This document shows positions 47,731 to 57,104 of a stretch of DNA of 64,000 bases, piece after piece. The notes beneath the pieces are model-generated. The model was not told the DNA's origin, ran no database searches, and saw nothing but the letters and a program-made list of their open reading frames with translations. Positions within the stretch are counted from its first letter, which is position 1, and every line of letters begins with the position of its first letter. The DNA is from Nitrospirota bacterium. Lineage in GTDB: Bacteria > Nitrospirota > UBA9217. The DNA lies in NCBI GenBank assembly GCA_963790205.1, contig CAWBNQ010000001.1, forward strand, positions 1,088,001 to 1,152,000, read 5' to 3'. A program made the position numbers and the translations under genes.

Positions 47731-47815
47731 GCAATCCGAAATCGCCAATCCGCAATCGAATAAATCCCATCGAATCTCTTGACAAAAGCAGGCCGTGTAC
47801 TATAATCGACCAGAA
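47731..47815 (+). repeat. Direct repeat B copy 2 containing a consensus promoter, preceded by a TGAACTY heptamer tract
   Basis: TTGACA(47779)-N16-TATAAT(47806); CTCTGAACTCTGAACTTTGAACTGCA at about 47693-47718. Confidence 0.9.
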
Positions 47816-47835
47816 TTGCATTGGGAGGTAAGTTC

Positions 47836-48156
47836 ATGAAGATCGACATTACTCAGCTTGCCGAGGATGAACTCATTGATCTCCACCGCCGAATCACCGA
47901 ACGCTTGCGTTTTCTGAGTCAAACACGGGCGCACCATAAGATGCTGGAATTCAAGGTGGGAGATCGGGTGAGCTTCAAACCGGACGACCGTCCTGCGCTT
48001 TGTGGCGTGCTGACCAAGTATAACAAAAAAACAGTCACGATCATTACCGACAACGGGGAGCACTGGAACGTCGCATCGGGGCTCCTGACGTTGGCGAAGG
48101 AAGTGAAAGCTTCGGAAAGTAAGCAGTCAAACGTCATTCAAATGCCCAAGCGGTAA
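47836..48156 (+). CDS. Hypothetical protein with SH3/KOW-like C-terminal barrel
   Basis: GGAGGT RBS; FKVGDRVSF...GVLTKYNKKTVTI...WNVAS. Confidence 0.75.
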   Translation: MKIDITQLAEDELIDLHRRITERLRFLSQTRAHHKMLEFKVGDRVSFKPDDRPALCGVLTKYNKKTVTIITDNGEHWNVASGLLTLAKEVKASESKQSNVIQMPKR

Positions 48157-48265
48157 GGAGTGAGCGCAACGCGTGCAACAACGGGTTGCCCCGATATACT
48201 TTTCTGAAATACACAACAGTTCATACTGAAGCTTGTGAATTACCTTTGATCAGGCTACAATTCTA

Positions 48266-51200
48266 ATGGGAATTAAATTGCATGAACTGTTAATTAACAA
48301 GGATTCATCAAGCGTAAAAGCATATCTGCAGGAATTGCCCTCGCACGAAAAGGGGGATGCATTCGAAAAACTCCTCGCCGAGCTTTACCGGGGCAATGGC
48401 TGGCTCGTTTCGGTCCAGGGCGGTCGGGGCGACGAAGGCGCGGACATTCTTCTCTATCATCCCAAGTCTCCTCAGACCGTTTCCTTCATCGTTCAAGCCA
48501 AGAACCACGCAAAACCTCTCACCCTGGACCAGACTCGCATCGAGCTCATTAAATTTGAACAACAGGCGGCACCCCGCTACAAGTGTCAGCAGTTCCGTAT
48601 CGTCGCGATTAACGGTTTCGTTCAAGAGGCAGACAAACTGGGACAATTCAATATTCTGCTCGACTCCTGGAGCTATGTAGAATCTCTGCATAAACGTTAC
48701 GACCCGGGCATGAACGCAGAGCCCAAAATTGAGTTGTACGCTCACAACCGCGCAACATATGAGAATATCCAGGACCTTTGGCAGGATAATGATCATGTCG
48801 CAGTAATACAGGCCACCGGCACAGGCAAGAGCTTTCTGATCGCGCAGCCTTTGGCCGACTTCCAGGGTAAACGCAAGATCGTCCTCGCCCCGTCTCATTT
48901 CATACTCGACCAGCAGAAATCCAAGGCGCCTTGGGCCAATGAAAAAACTACATACTGGACCTATGCGGGCCTTGCGCAAAAGAGTGAAACTGCGGTTAAA
49001 GCCCTCAAGTGCGCCCTTATCGTGCTCGATGAGTTTCATCGGTGTGGTGCCGATGTGTGGGGCAAGAGTGTTCAGATGCTGCTCGATACTCATCCTGATG
49101 CAAAGGTCCTCGGTACAACAGCAACACCCATCCGCTACCTGGATGAGAACCGGAACATGGCTGAAGAGCTTTTCGACGGTGTGGTGGCAACAGAGCTTTC
49201 CCTTGCCGAAGCTATCGTCAAGCGTATCCTGCCAGCCCCGACGTACATTAGTGCCCTTTATACAATGGAAGAGGAGGTTCGCAATCTTCTCACTGATATA
49301 GAGGCAAGCAAAAGACCTGAAGAAGAAAAGGTGGCGCTTAGGGCTGAGATACAAGCTCTCAAAGTCGATTGGGAAAAGACCTCGGGTATACCCGAGATAC
49401 TAAAAAAACATCTGCCCTCTGGCATCAATAAACTGATAGTTTTTTGCAGAGACCAGCAGCATCTCGACGAGATGGAGATTGAGGTGCAGAAGTGGTTCCA
49501 GAAGGCCGGGGTGCACCATTTTAGGGAAAAGTATCGGGTCATTAGTGCAGACCCGGCGAGTAAGAAAAACCTGCAATGTTTCAAGGATGCTGACGACAAG
49601 GATACTGTACATCTACTCTTCGCCATCGATATGCTGAACGAGGGTTTGCATATACCTGAAGTCGGCGCAGTTATCCTCCTCAGGCCCACAGTGAGCCCTA
49701 TAATATTCTACCAGCAGATCGGTAGATGCATCGAGGTAGGCAAGGACCACACGCCGATTATTTTCGATTTGGTCAATAACTTCCAGAACCTCAGGGTGAC
49801 GGATTTTCTTGTAGATCTTCAAATAGCAAAAGAGGAAGAGAAGCGGAAGCGGTCAGCATTCGATTTGGAAGATTATGCTCCTGGAATCCACATAGAAGAA
49901 CTTACCCGGCCGATCGAAGCGATATTCGAGTCTATTTACGAGCGCCTTAGCCCATGGGAGACGCAATTTGCCGCGCTGCTAACATTCAAGGAAAAGCACG
50001 GACACTGCAATGTTCCTCAGTCCTATGCCGATAATCCTGCTCTCGGTACATGGGTTAATAATCAGCGTGCATTGAAGAAAAAGAATCGTTTGCCAAATGA
50101 CCGCATACACCGATTAGAGACAATCGGCTTCGTCTGGGGTCCGCTTGCTGATACTTGGGAGCAGATGTTTGTGATGCTTCTCGCATTCAAGGAAAAGCAC
50201 GGACACTGCAATGTCCCTCAGTCCTATACCGATAATCCTGCTCTGGGTCCGTGGGTTAATACGCAACGTGCATATAAGAAAAATAATCGATTGCCAGAAG
50301 ACCGCTTGCAACGGTTGGAGAAAACCGGCTTTATTTGGGATCTGCTCGATGACGCTTGGGAGCAAATGTTTTCTGAGCTCCACAAATTTAAGGAAAAACA
50401 TGGGCACTGCAATGTTCCTCAGACGTATGATGATAATCCTGCTCTCGGGACATGGAGCAACAATCAGCGTACATTGAAGAAAAAGAATCGATTGCCAGAA
50501 GGTCGTGTGCATCGTTTGGAGGAAATCGGCTTCATCTGGGGTCCGCGCGATGATGTTTGGGAGCAAATGTTTGCTGCACTTCGCGCATTTAAGCAAAAAC
50601 TGGGACACTGCAATGTTCCGACGGTTTATAACGATAATCCCGTTCTCGGCAGATGGGTTGATATGCAGCGCCAGATGAAGAAAAAGAATCGATTGCCAGA
50701 AGAACGTGTTCAGCTGTTGGAAAAAATCGGCTTCATTTGGGATCCGTACGATGACGCTTGGGAACAAATGTTTGCGGCACTTCGCACTTTTAAGGAAGAA
50801 CATGGACACTGCAAGGTTTCTAAGTCCTATGCCGAGAATCCTGCTCTTGGTACCTGGGTGGGTACGCAGCGTGTGCGAAAGAAACGACTGCCAGAAGACC
50901 GCGTACAGCGATTGGAGGAAATCGGCTTCATCTGGAATCCGTACGATGACGCATGGGAGCAAATGTTTGTTGCGCTTCGCACGTTTAAGCAAAAACAGGG
51001 ACACTGCAATGTTCCTGCGGTTTATGACGATAATCCTGTTCTCGGTAGATGGGTTAATACTCAGCGTTCGATGAAGAAAAAAAATCAACTGTCAGAAGAC
51101 TACATGCGGAGACTGGAAGACATCGGCTTCATTTGGGATCTGCTAGATGACGCCTGGGAGCAGATGTTTGCTGCACTTAGCACGTTTAAAAAAAATAATC

Positions 51201-51367
51201 GACACTGTAATGTTCCGGCTTTGTATACCGACAATCCTGTTCTCGGTTCATGGGTTAATAGGCAACGTTCGATGAAGAAAAAGAATCGATTGCCAGAAGA
51301 CCGCGTTCAGCGACTGGAGGAAATAGGATTTGCTTGGACTCTGCGAGAAATAAGTAAGAAGACGTGA
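48266..51367 (+). CDS. Mrr-like endonuclease + SF2 (DExH) helicase + seven helicase-associated (HA) domains
   Basis: GDAFE...DEGADI...VQAK; ATGTGKS, DEFH, TATP, LNEGLHIP, QQIGR; 7x WEQMF..L..FK..HGHCNVP...LG.WV..QR...RLE.IGFIW. Confidence 0.92.
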   Translation: MGIKLHELLINKDSSSVKAYLQELPSHEKGDAFEKLLAELYRGNGWLVSVQGGRGDEGADILLYHPKSPQTVSFIVQAKNHAKPLTLDQTRIELIKFEQQAAPRYKCQQFRIVAINGFVQEADKLGQFNILLDSWSYVESLHKRYDPGMNAEPKIELYAHNRATYENIQDLWQDNDHVAVIQATGTGKSFLIAQPLADFQGKRKIVLAPSHFILDQQKSKAPWANEKTTYWTYAGLAQKSETAVKALKCALIVLDEFHRCGADVWGKSVQMLLDTHPDAKVLGTTATPIRYLDENRNMAEELFDGVVATELSLAEAIVKRILPAPTYISALYTMEEEVRNLLTDIEASKRPEEEKVALRAEIQALKVDWEKTSGIPEILKKHLPSGINKLIVFCRDQQHLDEMEIEVQKWFQKAGVHHFREKYRVISADPASKKNLQCFKDADDKDTVHLLFAIDMLNEGLHIPEVGAVILLRPTVSPIIFYQQIGRCIEVGKDHTPIIFDLVNNFQNLRVTDFLVDLQIAKEEEKRKRSAFDLEDYAPGIHIEELTRPIEAIFESIYERLSPWETQFAALLTFKEKHGHCNVPQSYADNPALGTWVNNQRALKKKNRLPNDRIHRLETIGFVWGPLADTWEQMFVMLLAFKEKHGHCNVPQSYTDNPALGPWVNTQRAYKKNNRLPEDRLQRLEKTGFIWDLLDDAWEQMFSELHKFKEKHGHCNVPQTYDDNPALGTWSNNQRTLKKKNRLPEGRVHRLEEIGFIWGPRDDVWEQMFAALRAFKQKLGHCNVPTVYNDNPVLGRWVDMQRQMKKKNRLPEERVQLLEKIGFIWDPYDDAWEQMFAALRTFKEEHGHCKVSKSYAENPALGTWVGTQRVRKKRLPEDRVQRLEEIGFIWNPYDDAWEQMFVALRTFKQKQGHCNVPAVYDDNPVLGRWVNTQRSMKKKNQLSEDYMRRLEDIGFIWDLLDDAWEQMFAALSTFKKNNRHCNVPALYTDNPVLGSWVNRQRSMKKKNRLPEDRVQRLEEIGFAWTLREISKKT
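49953..51338 (+). repeat. Seven tandem coding repeats, period 201 nt (one of 195 nt)
   Basis: GGACACTGCAATGTT-like anchor recurs near 50000, 50201, 50402, 50603, 50804, 50999 and 51200. Confidence 0.92.
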
Positions 51368-51403
51368 CACGTTCGATAAAGGTTTACGTTTAAGTAAAAT
51401 GAA

Positions 51404-51428
51404 AAAGCCGGGCATAGTGCCCGGCTTT
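51404..51428. terminator. Bidirectional intrinsic terminator
   Basis: AAAGCCGGGCA-TAG-TGCCCGGCTTT between convergent genes. Confidence 0.85.
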
Positions 51429-51440
51429 AAATTAGATGGT

Positions 51441-51704
51441 TCAATGTAGAAATTTCTTCTTAGACCATAGGAGAAAAATAATTGTTATCAACGATGCCAA
51501 TATTTTGATGCTATAATCCTCATTTTCAAAAATCGTTAAAAAGGCAATATGTTCTGCTTTATAAATGTACAGAGCCAAGTTCAGGAGAAGAACTCCTATC
51601 ATTGTTCTCCTGAGATCATCCGTCGAGGCAAATTCTATGCCCCAACCTTGGCCCCAATAAATCAAAATAACAAACAATTTGATCGATTGAGGCCGCCTTA
51701 TCAT
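51441..51704 (-). CDS. Small hydrophobic hypothetical protein (possibly a remnant)
   Basis: 87-aa AT-rich ORF with 2-3 hydrophobic segments. Confidence 0.45.
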   Translation of the reverse strand: MIRRPQSIKLFVILIYWGQGWGIEFASTDDLRRTMIGVLLLNLALYIYKAEHIAFLTIFENEDYSIKILASLITIIFLLWSKKKFLH

Positions 51705-52100
51705 GGATTAACCTCTTGCCCATGTAGGCGGCAGTAGTCTTTGAACCATTTTTGTGCCTCCCTAGTTTTTGAATTAAACTTAAGGAAGTATTGTCAGCGA
51801 TTCCAAATGACCACTTATATGGTCAATGCATGTTCACCCCCTTTTCTGCGACAGAATATACTTCATTAAGAATTGCAACCACTATAAAGCAGAATCGTCA
51901 TCTTGTCAATTTTTTAAGTTTATTTAAGCTTTAAGATAAAATGGCAATAGTTACATGAAGATATGATTGGTGTCATCTTTCATTTATCATAAGCTGGTCT
52001 GCTTTCCGTTGTTCCGAAAATCAAGTCCGACCTTGCTTTTTCAACGATTTTAAGGTACTGTCTTTTCACCGAAAACGATTCATTTATTAGAGAAAACACC

Positions 52101-54305
52101 ATGTCCATCGAAAAGAAATTCGACATATCGTTCATCTCATCCCTTGCCCTGCGTGAAAAACAGATACAGCAGAATTACCGGCCCATCATCGCCGTGCATA
52201 AGTGGTTTGCGCGGAGGCCGGGGACGTTGTTTCGCGGGCTGATTCTTTCCGAGTTCGGAGACAAACCTCTCCGGGATACGTTCTATTCGTCCAACAATCT
52301 CTCCGGTCTTACGATACTCGATCCCTTCATGGGTGGCGGCACTCCTCTTCTTGAAGCGAACCGTCTTGGCTGTGATGTGATTGGCTATGACATCAATCCC
52401 ATGGCGTATTGGATTGTGCGGCAGGAGATCGAGCATCTGGACTTGCAGGCTTATCGCAAGGCGGCGGATGATCTCATCAAAGGGCTGGAGCTGGAGGTCG
52501 GGAGTTATTACAAAACGACCTGCCTTGAGTGCGGATCGAGAGCAGCCGATGTTAAGTACTTTCTCTGGGTAAAGCAACATACCTGCACTAGCTGCGGCAA
52601 GGCGAACGATCTCTTCCCTGGTTATCTTCTTTCTGAAGACAGACGGCATACGGAGAATGTGTATGTGTGCGCAGCCTGCGGCGAGCTTCACGGCGCAAAG
52701 GACCGGGCCAAACCGGGCAAATGCAAGTCCTGCGGAGAACGGATCGTCATCGAAGGTCCGGCGAAAAGAAGCAAATATGAATGCAAGCACTGCGGCAAAG
52801 CAAACTCATATTCATTCAAGCCTGAGCATCCGCCGATTCACCGGATGTATGCCATGGAGTATCACTGTAAAAAATGCAAATCGCAGCACGAGGGAAGGTT
52901 TTTTAAGAAGCCTTCGCGGATGGATCTGGCCAAATATACGGTGGCCTCAAACCGGTTGAGCAGTATGAAGACCTTGTTTGTGCCCGATGATGTGATATTG
53001 GGGGGCGATGAGACAGCACGGCTCCATCGATGGGGGTACCAGAAATATAATGAGATGTTCAATGCGCGTCAGCTTCTCGGGCTGGAGCTGAGCTGCCGTG
53101 TAATTGCGAAAATTACAAATGAGCGCGTGCGTAATGCGGTTGCTACCAATCTTTCGGACTTGCTTCGATATCAGAACATGCTTTGCAGGTATGATTCAAT
53201 GGCGCTTAAGTCCCTCGATATCTTTTCGGTCCACGGTTTCCCCGTCGGGCTTGTGCAGTGCGAGTCGAACATTCTTGGGATCGTTAACGGCGGCGGGGTG
53301 AACATCGGGAGCGGCGGGTGGGGCAACATCATCGACAAGTATTATAAGGCCAAAGCATATTGCGATGCGCCTTTTGAGATACGGCACGAAGGGGGACGCA
53401 AGATCCAGGTCCCTATCCCTGATGAATGGATCGGGGACCGGCGTAATGGGACTGTCCCTCTGAGCAAACGTCATGCCCGGCTTCATAGCCAAAGCTCCAT
53501 GGAGGCGGACATTCAACCTGGGTCAGTAGATGCTGTCTTTACCGATCCGCCTTATTACGGGAACGTGCAGTATGCTGAGCTGATGGATTTTTGTTACGTC
53601 TGGCTCCGGAAACTTATTGACGATCCTGCATTTAAACACCACACGACACGGGACCAGCAGGAGCTTACCGGCAACGTTAACATGGAACGGGGGCTCGATC
53701 ATTTCACCGAAGGACTGTCAAACGTGTTCCAGAAAATGGCCCTGGCCTTAAAGCCCGGCCACCCTTTAGCGTTCACCTATCATCACAACACTCTCGAAGC
53801 CTACTATCCGATCGCTATTGCCATGCTCGATTCAGGCCTGGTCTGTTCCGCGTCCCTGCCGTGCCCGGCCGAGATGGGGGCTTCGATCCATATCAGCGGG
53901 ACGGGATCATCCATTGTCGATACGGTCTTCGTTTGCCGGAGCACAGGCTCTGTGCCTTCCCAATGGCTCGCAAAGACCGCGGGCGCCCTTGCCGGGTTGG
54001 TGAAAGACGATATCGAAAAGCTGCGGAAAGCGGGTCTGAAAGAAACACGCGGCGATGTTCGGTGCATTATCTACGGACACCTTATCCGACTTGCTGTCTG
54101 GGACCTGCGCCACGGATGGGACAAGACGAAACCAACAAAGGAAAAAACAGCGGCAATCGCAGCGCAGATACAAGAGTTCGGAGGGTTATTAGCGGTCGAA
54201 GAGTCTTTAAGCGAGGGTATGGAGCAGCCGGCCTTGGTACGAACTTCCGCTGTCAGGGAAGAAACTCAAAAGTATGGAGCGAGCGACGATGAAATTTCCT
54301 TTTGA
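52101..54305 (+). CDS. Adenine-specific DNA methyltransferase with zinc ribbons (DUF1156-like)
   Basis: VHKWFARRP, DPFMGGGT, several CxxC pairs, TDPPYY. Confidence 0.9.
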   Translation: MSIEKKFDISFISSLALREKQIQQNYRPIIAVHKWFARRPGTLFRGLILSEFGDKPLRDTFYSSNNLSGLTILDPFMGGGTPLLEANRLGCDVIGYDINPMAYWIVRQEIEHLDLQAYRKAADDLIKGLELEVGSYYKTTCLECGSRAADVKYFLWVKQHTCTSCGKANDLFPGYLLSEDRRHTENVYVCAACGELHGAKDRAKPGKCKSCGERIVIEGPAKRSKYECKHCGKANSYSFKPEHPPIHRMYAMEYHCKKCKSQHEGRFFKKPSRMDLAKYTVASNRLSSMKTLFVPDDVILGGDETARLHRWGYQKYNEMFNARQLLGLELSCRVIAKITNERVRNAVATNLSDLLRYQNMLCRYDSMALKSLDIFSVHGFPVGLVQCESNILGIVNGGGVNIGSGGWGNIIDKYYKAKAYCDAPFEIRHEGGRKIQVPIPDEWIGDRRNGTVPLSKRHARLHSQSSMEADIQPGSVDAVFTDPPYYGNVQYAELMDFCYVWLRKLIDDPAFKHHTTRDQQELTGNVNMERGLDHFTEGLSNVFQKMALALKPGHPLAFTYHHNTLEAYYPIAIAMLDSGLVCSASLPCPAEMGASIHISGTGSSIVDTVFVCRSTGSVPSQWLAKTAGALAGLVKDDIEKLRKAGLKETRGDVRCIIYGHLIRLAVWDLRHGWDKTKPTKEKTAAIAAQIQEFGGLLAVEESLSEGMEQPALVRTSAVREETQKYGASDDEISF

Positions 54306-55317
54306 AGTTCCTTTCGAGGAAGTGCAGGCGGACCTGGACCAGTATGTAACAGCCGTGTTCTCCGGGCTGGAATCGGAATTTCTGACCATGCCCAAGGGGG
54401 CCGGGTTCATCGATTATCCGGTATTCGAGCAAGGCTATGAGGCCCTCAAGCAGGCGACAGCAGGGTTCCGCAACTTCACGCCCGAGGCTGTGAAGAGTTG
54501 TGTGCTCTCGAATCCCATATCCCTGATCGTCATTCGCACCATGCTGGGCTTTACTCCGCCGGAGTGGGCTTATGTGGCCTCGCAGCATGCGAAAATAGAC
54601 GTGCCCCAGAATTTCGTCCGCACTCTGGACAGGAAAGTCCGCGTGACCCCTCTCTCGCCGCTCAAGGCCAAGGGCGCGACAGCTGAGCGGCTGGAAGCAT
54701 TGGTGAACGTGGCGTGTTCATTGCTCTCGGCAGGCGTTCCATCCACGAGCCCTGACAGGCTTCATCGACTCGACAAGGCGGACACCAGGTCGGGGCTGGA
54801 CAGCATCAGGGCCATGGCGGATTTGGGCGCGCCTTATGCTATGCTCCTCTATGAGCGGTTCCTCGGCAGGCCCTTTGCCGGACATCGAGATTCGGTGAGC
54901 GAACTGATCGGCGACATTCTCGAATCGGCAATCGAGAACGTATTGCACAAAGCAGGCATTACGGCCAGGAAAACGAAGCGGGCTGAAAAAATCCAGGGCT
55001 TTGATCAGTCTCCGGATTTCATCATCCCGAGCGAGTTCAACCCGCAAATCATTATCGAAGCGAAGATCACAGAAGACGATGGAACGGCCCGCGATAAAGT
55101 TACGCGCATCCAGCATTTGGGCGAGCTGAGCATGGCAGGCCAGCCGAAGGGAAAACCGAAATATGAAGTCATCGCCTGCATAGCGGGCCGAGGGTTCGGG
55201 GTCCGCAGGGAAGACATGAAAAAGATGCTTCTCGCCACGCGAGGGAAGGTATTCACGCTGCAGAACCTGGATAAGCTTGTGGAATGTACAAGGCTGAAGG
55301 AATTCAAAACAAAGTAA
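54289..55317 (+). CDS. Putative restriction endonuclease, PD-(D/E)xK
   Basis: GDILE...SPDFIIP...IIIEAK; overlaps the MTase stop. Confidence 0.75.
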   Translation: MKFPFEVPFEEVQADLDQYVTAVFSGLESEFLTMPKGAGFIDYPVFEQGYEALKQATAGFRNFTPEAVKSCVLSNPISLIVIRTMLGFTPPEWAYVASQHAKIDVPQNFVRTLDRKVRVTPLSPLKAKGATAERLEALVNVACSLLSAGVPSTSPDRLHRLDKADTRSGLDSIRAMADLGAPYAMLLYERFLGRPFAGHRDSVSELIGDILESAIENVLHKAGITARKTKRAEKIQGFDQSPDFIIPSEFNPQIIIEAKITEDDGTARDKVTRIQHLGELSMAGQPKGKPKYEVIACIAGRGFGVRREDMKKMLLATRGKVFTLQNLDKLVECTRLKEFKTK

Positions 55318-55553
55318 GGTGGCTGATAAGCCCTTCGCTCCGGCTCATCAGTTTTCAATTGCGTTATTCGTGCATTTATAGTAGTCTCACTTCACACGGG
55401 AGGCCCTTCTTTAGAGCAAGAGCGGTTTTACCGGCACGTCTTCCTCCTCCCCTTGCATGACCGCTTTACCCGATTTTTCTTTAAGAACGACCAGGAAGCA
55501 CTACCCGGTTTTTCGCGAATTCTGCTGCAGCTTTTTTGTCTCATCGTTGACTG

Positions 55554-56855
55554 ATGGAAGAGGAGCGTGTCGCAATGGCGAAAGGCATAGTGGTCGGAGA
55601 CGGGGCGAGGCTCGATTATGCGACCCTGCGCTTTCTGGACGATCCCGCGGTCGAGCGGGCCTTCCTCGACGACTATTACCGCAGGTCCATCAACCAGATG
55701 CGGATCGCCATTGTTCTGGCGATCGTGCTCACCGCGGCCTTCGGGTTCCGCGACGTGTGGATCACGCCGGCGGTGAAAGAGAGGCTCTGGTTCGTCCGCT
55801 ACGCGGTCATGTGTCCGTTCTTCCTTGCCGTGCTTCTCTTTTCATTTTCATCCTTTGCGAGACGTTTCATGCAGCTCGGCATCTCGCTCGGCATGCTTGT
55901 ATGCGGCCTCGGGATCATTGCGATGATCGTCATCGCTCCCGCCCCGGGGAATTACCTGTATTATGCCGGCTTGCTCATGATACCCATGTTCCCCCCGACC
56001 ATCAGGGTGCGGTTCATCTATTCAGCGGCCATATCGTGGACGATTATCGCAGCCTATGAGATTGCGGCGATCCGGTTCACCGACACCTCTCTGCCGGTTC
56101 TCATCAACAATAATTTCTTTTTGCTTACGTCCACGGCCATCGGCATGATCACCAACTATATGCTCGAACTGTATGCGCGCAAGAATTTCATCCAGCAGAT
56201 CCAGCTCGAAGAAGAGCGGGAAAAGTCCGAGCGTTTGCTGCTGAACATTCTGCCCGCCTCCATCGCCGAGCGGCTCAAGCAAAAGCAGGAGACCATCGCC
56301 GACGGGTTCGCCGAGGCCACGGTCCTGTTCGCCGACATCGCGGGGTTTACCCGGCTGGCAGCGAGCCGGTCTCCCCGGGAGGTCGTCGGCATGCTGAACG
56401 ACATCTTCTCCGAATTCGACCGCCTTGCCGAAAAACACGGCGTCGAGAAGATCAAGACCATCGGGGACGCGTACATGGCGGTTGCCGGGCTGCCGGTCAA
56501 CACGCCGGACCACGCGGCGGCAATCGTCGAGCTCGCGCTCGACATGCAAGACGCGGTCGCCCGGCGCGGCGCCGTTGGGGACGGGCCGATCTCTCTCCGC
56601 ATCGGGATCAACACGGGCCCCGTCGTGGCCGGCGTCATCGGAACGAAAAAATTCATCTACGACGTGTGGGGTGATACGGTGAATACCGCAAGCCGGATGG
56701 AGTCCCACGGGGTGGAGGGAGGGATACAGGTCACCGAAGAGACCTACCGGAGACTGAAGCACGCGTATCGTCTGGAGGAGCGGGGGCCCTTGAAGATAAA
56801 AGGCAAGGGAGAGATGCGCACCTACCTGCTCTCCGGGAGAATGGGCTCGGCATAA
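55554..56855 (+). CDS. Membrane-bound class III adenylate/guanylate cyclase
   Basis: About six TM; VLFADIAGFT, KIKTIGDAYM, YDVWGDTVNTASRMES, KGKG. Confidence 0.95.
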   Translation: MEEERVAMAKGIVVGDGARLDYATLRFLDDPAVERAFLDDYYRRSINQMRIAIVLAIVLTAAFGFRDVWITPAVKERLWFVRYAVMCPFFLAVLLFSFSSFARRFMQLGISLGMLVCGLGIIAMIVIAPAPGNYLYYAGLLMIPMFPPTIRVRFIYSAAISWTIIAAYEIAAIRFTDTSLPVLINNNFFLLTSTAIGMITNYMLELYARKNFIQQIQLEEEREKSERLLLNILPASIAERLKQKQETIADGFAEATVLFADIAGFTRLAASRSPREVVGMLNDIFSEFDRLAEKHGVEKIKTIGDAYMAVAGLPVNTPDHAAAIVELALDMQDAVARRGAVGDGPISLRIGINTGPVVAGVIGTKKFIYDVWGDTVNTASRMESHGVEGGIQVTEETYRRLKHAYRLEERGPLKIKGKGEMRTYLLSGRMGSA

Positions 56856-57104
56856 GCGCATGCTTGCCGCTGTTTTTATTCTGTGAACGGTGAAAACCCA
56901 GGGGGCGGGGCTGGGGTATGAGCAGGAGTACGGCGATACTCGAAGCAATTTTCAGTTTACAATTTATTGTCCCGGCTCGTCCGAGTCGGGTTGACACCTG
57001 GGCTTCATAACTATTTGACTTTTAAGGCCGTTGGCTATACTCTTTCGGGGTCTCAGCTTCATCCGCGGTGCGGGCTGCCTGCCATGATAAAAAAAGGAGC
57101 TGTC

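Noticed and set aside
49953..51338. CRISPR array or non-coding tandem repeat
   Set aside because: The period is a multiple of 3, in frame, and encodes HA domains; there are no unique spacers
51705..51830. Short peptide ORF (MVQRLLPPTWARG) on the minus strand
   Set aside because: Only 13 codons, with competing broken frames and no supporting context
45800..55320. Discrete integrative element carrying the second defence block
   Set aside because: No integrase or transposase, tRNA or terminal att repeats seen
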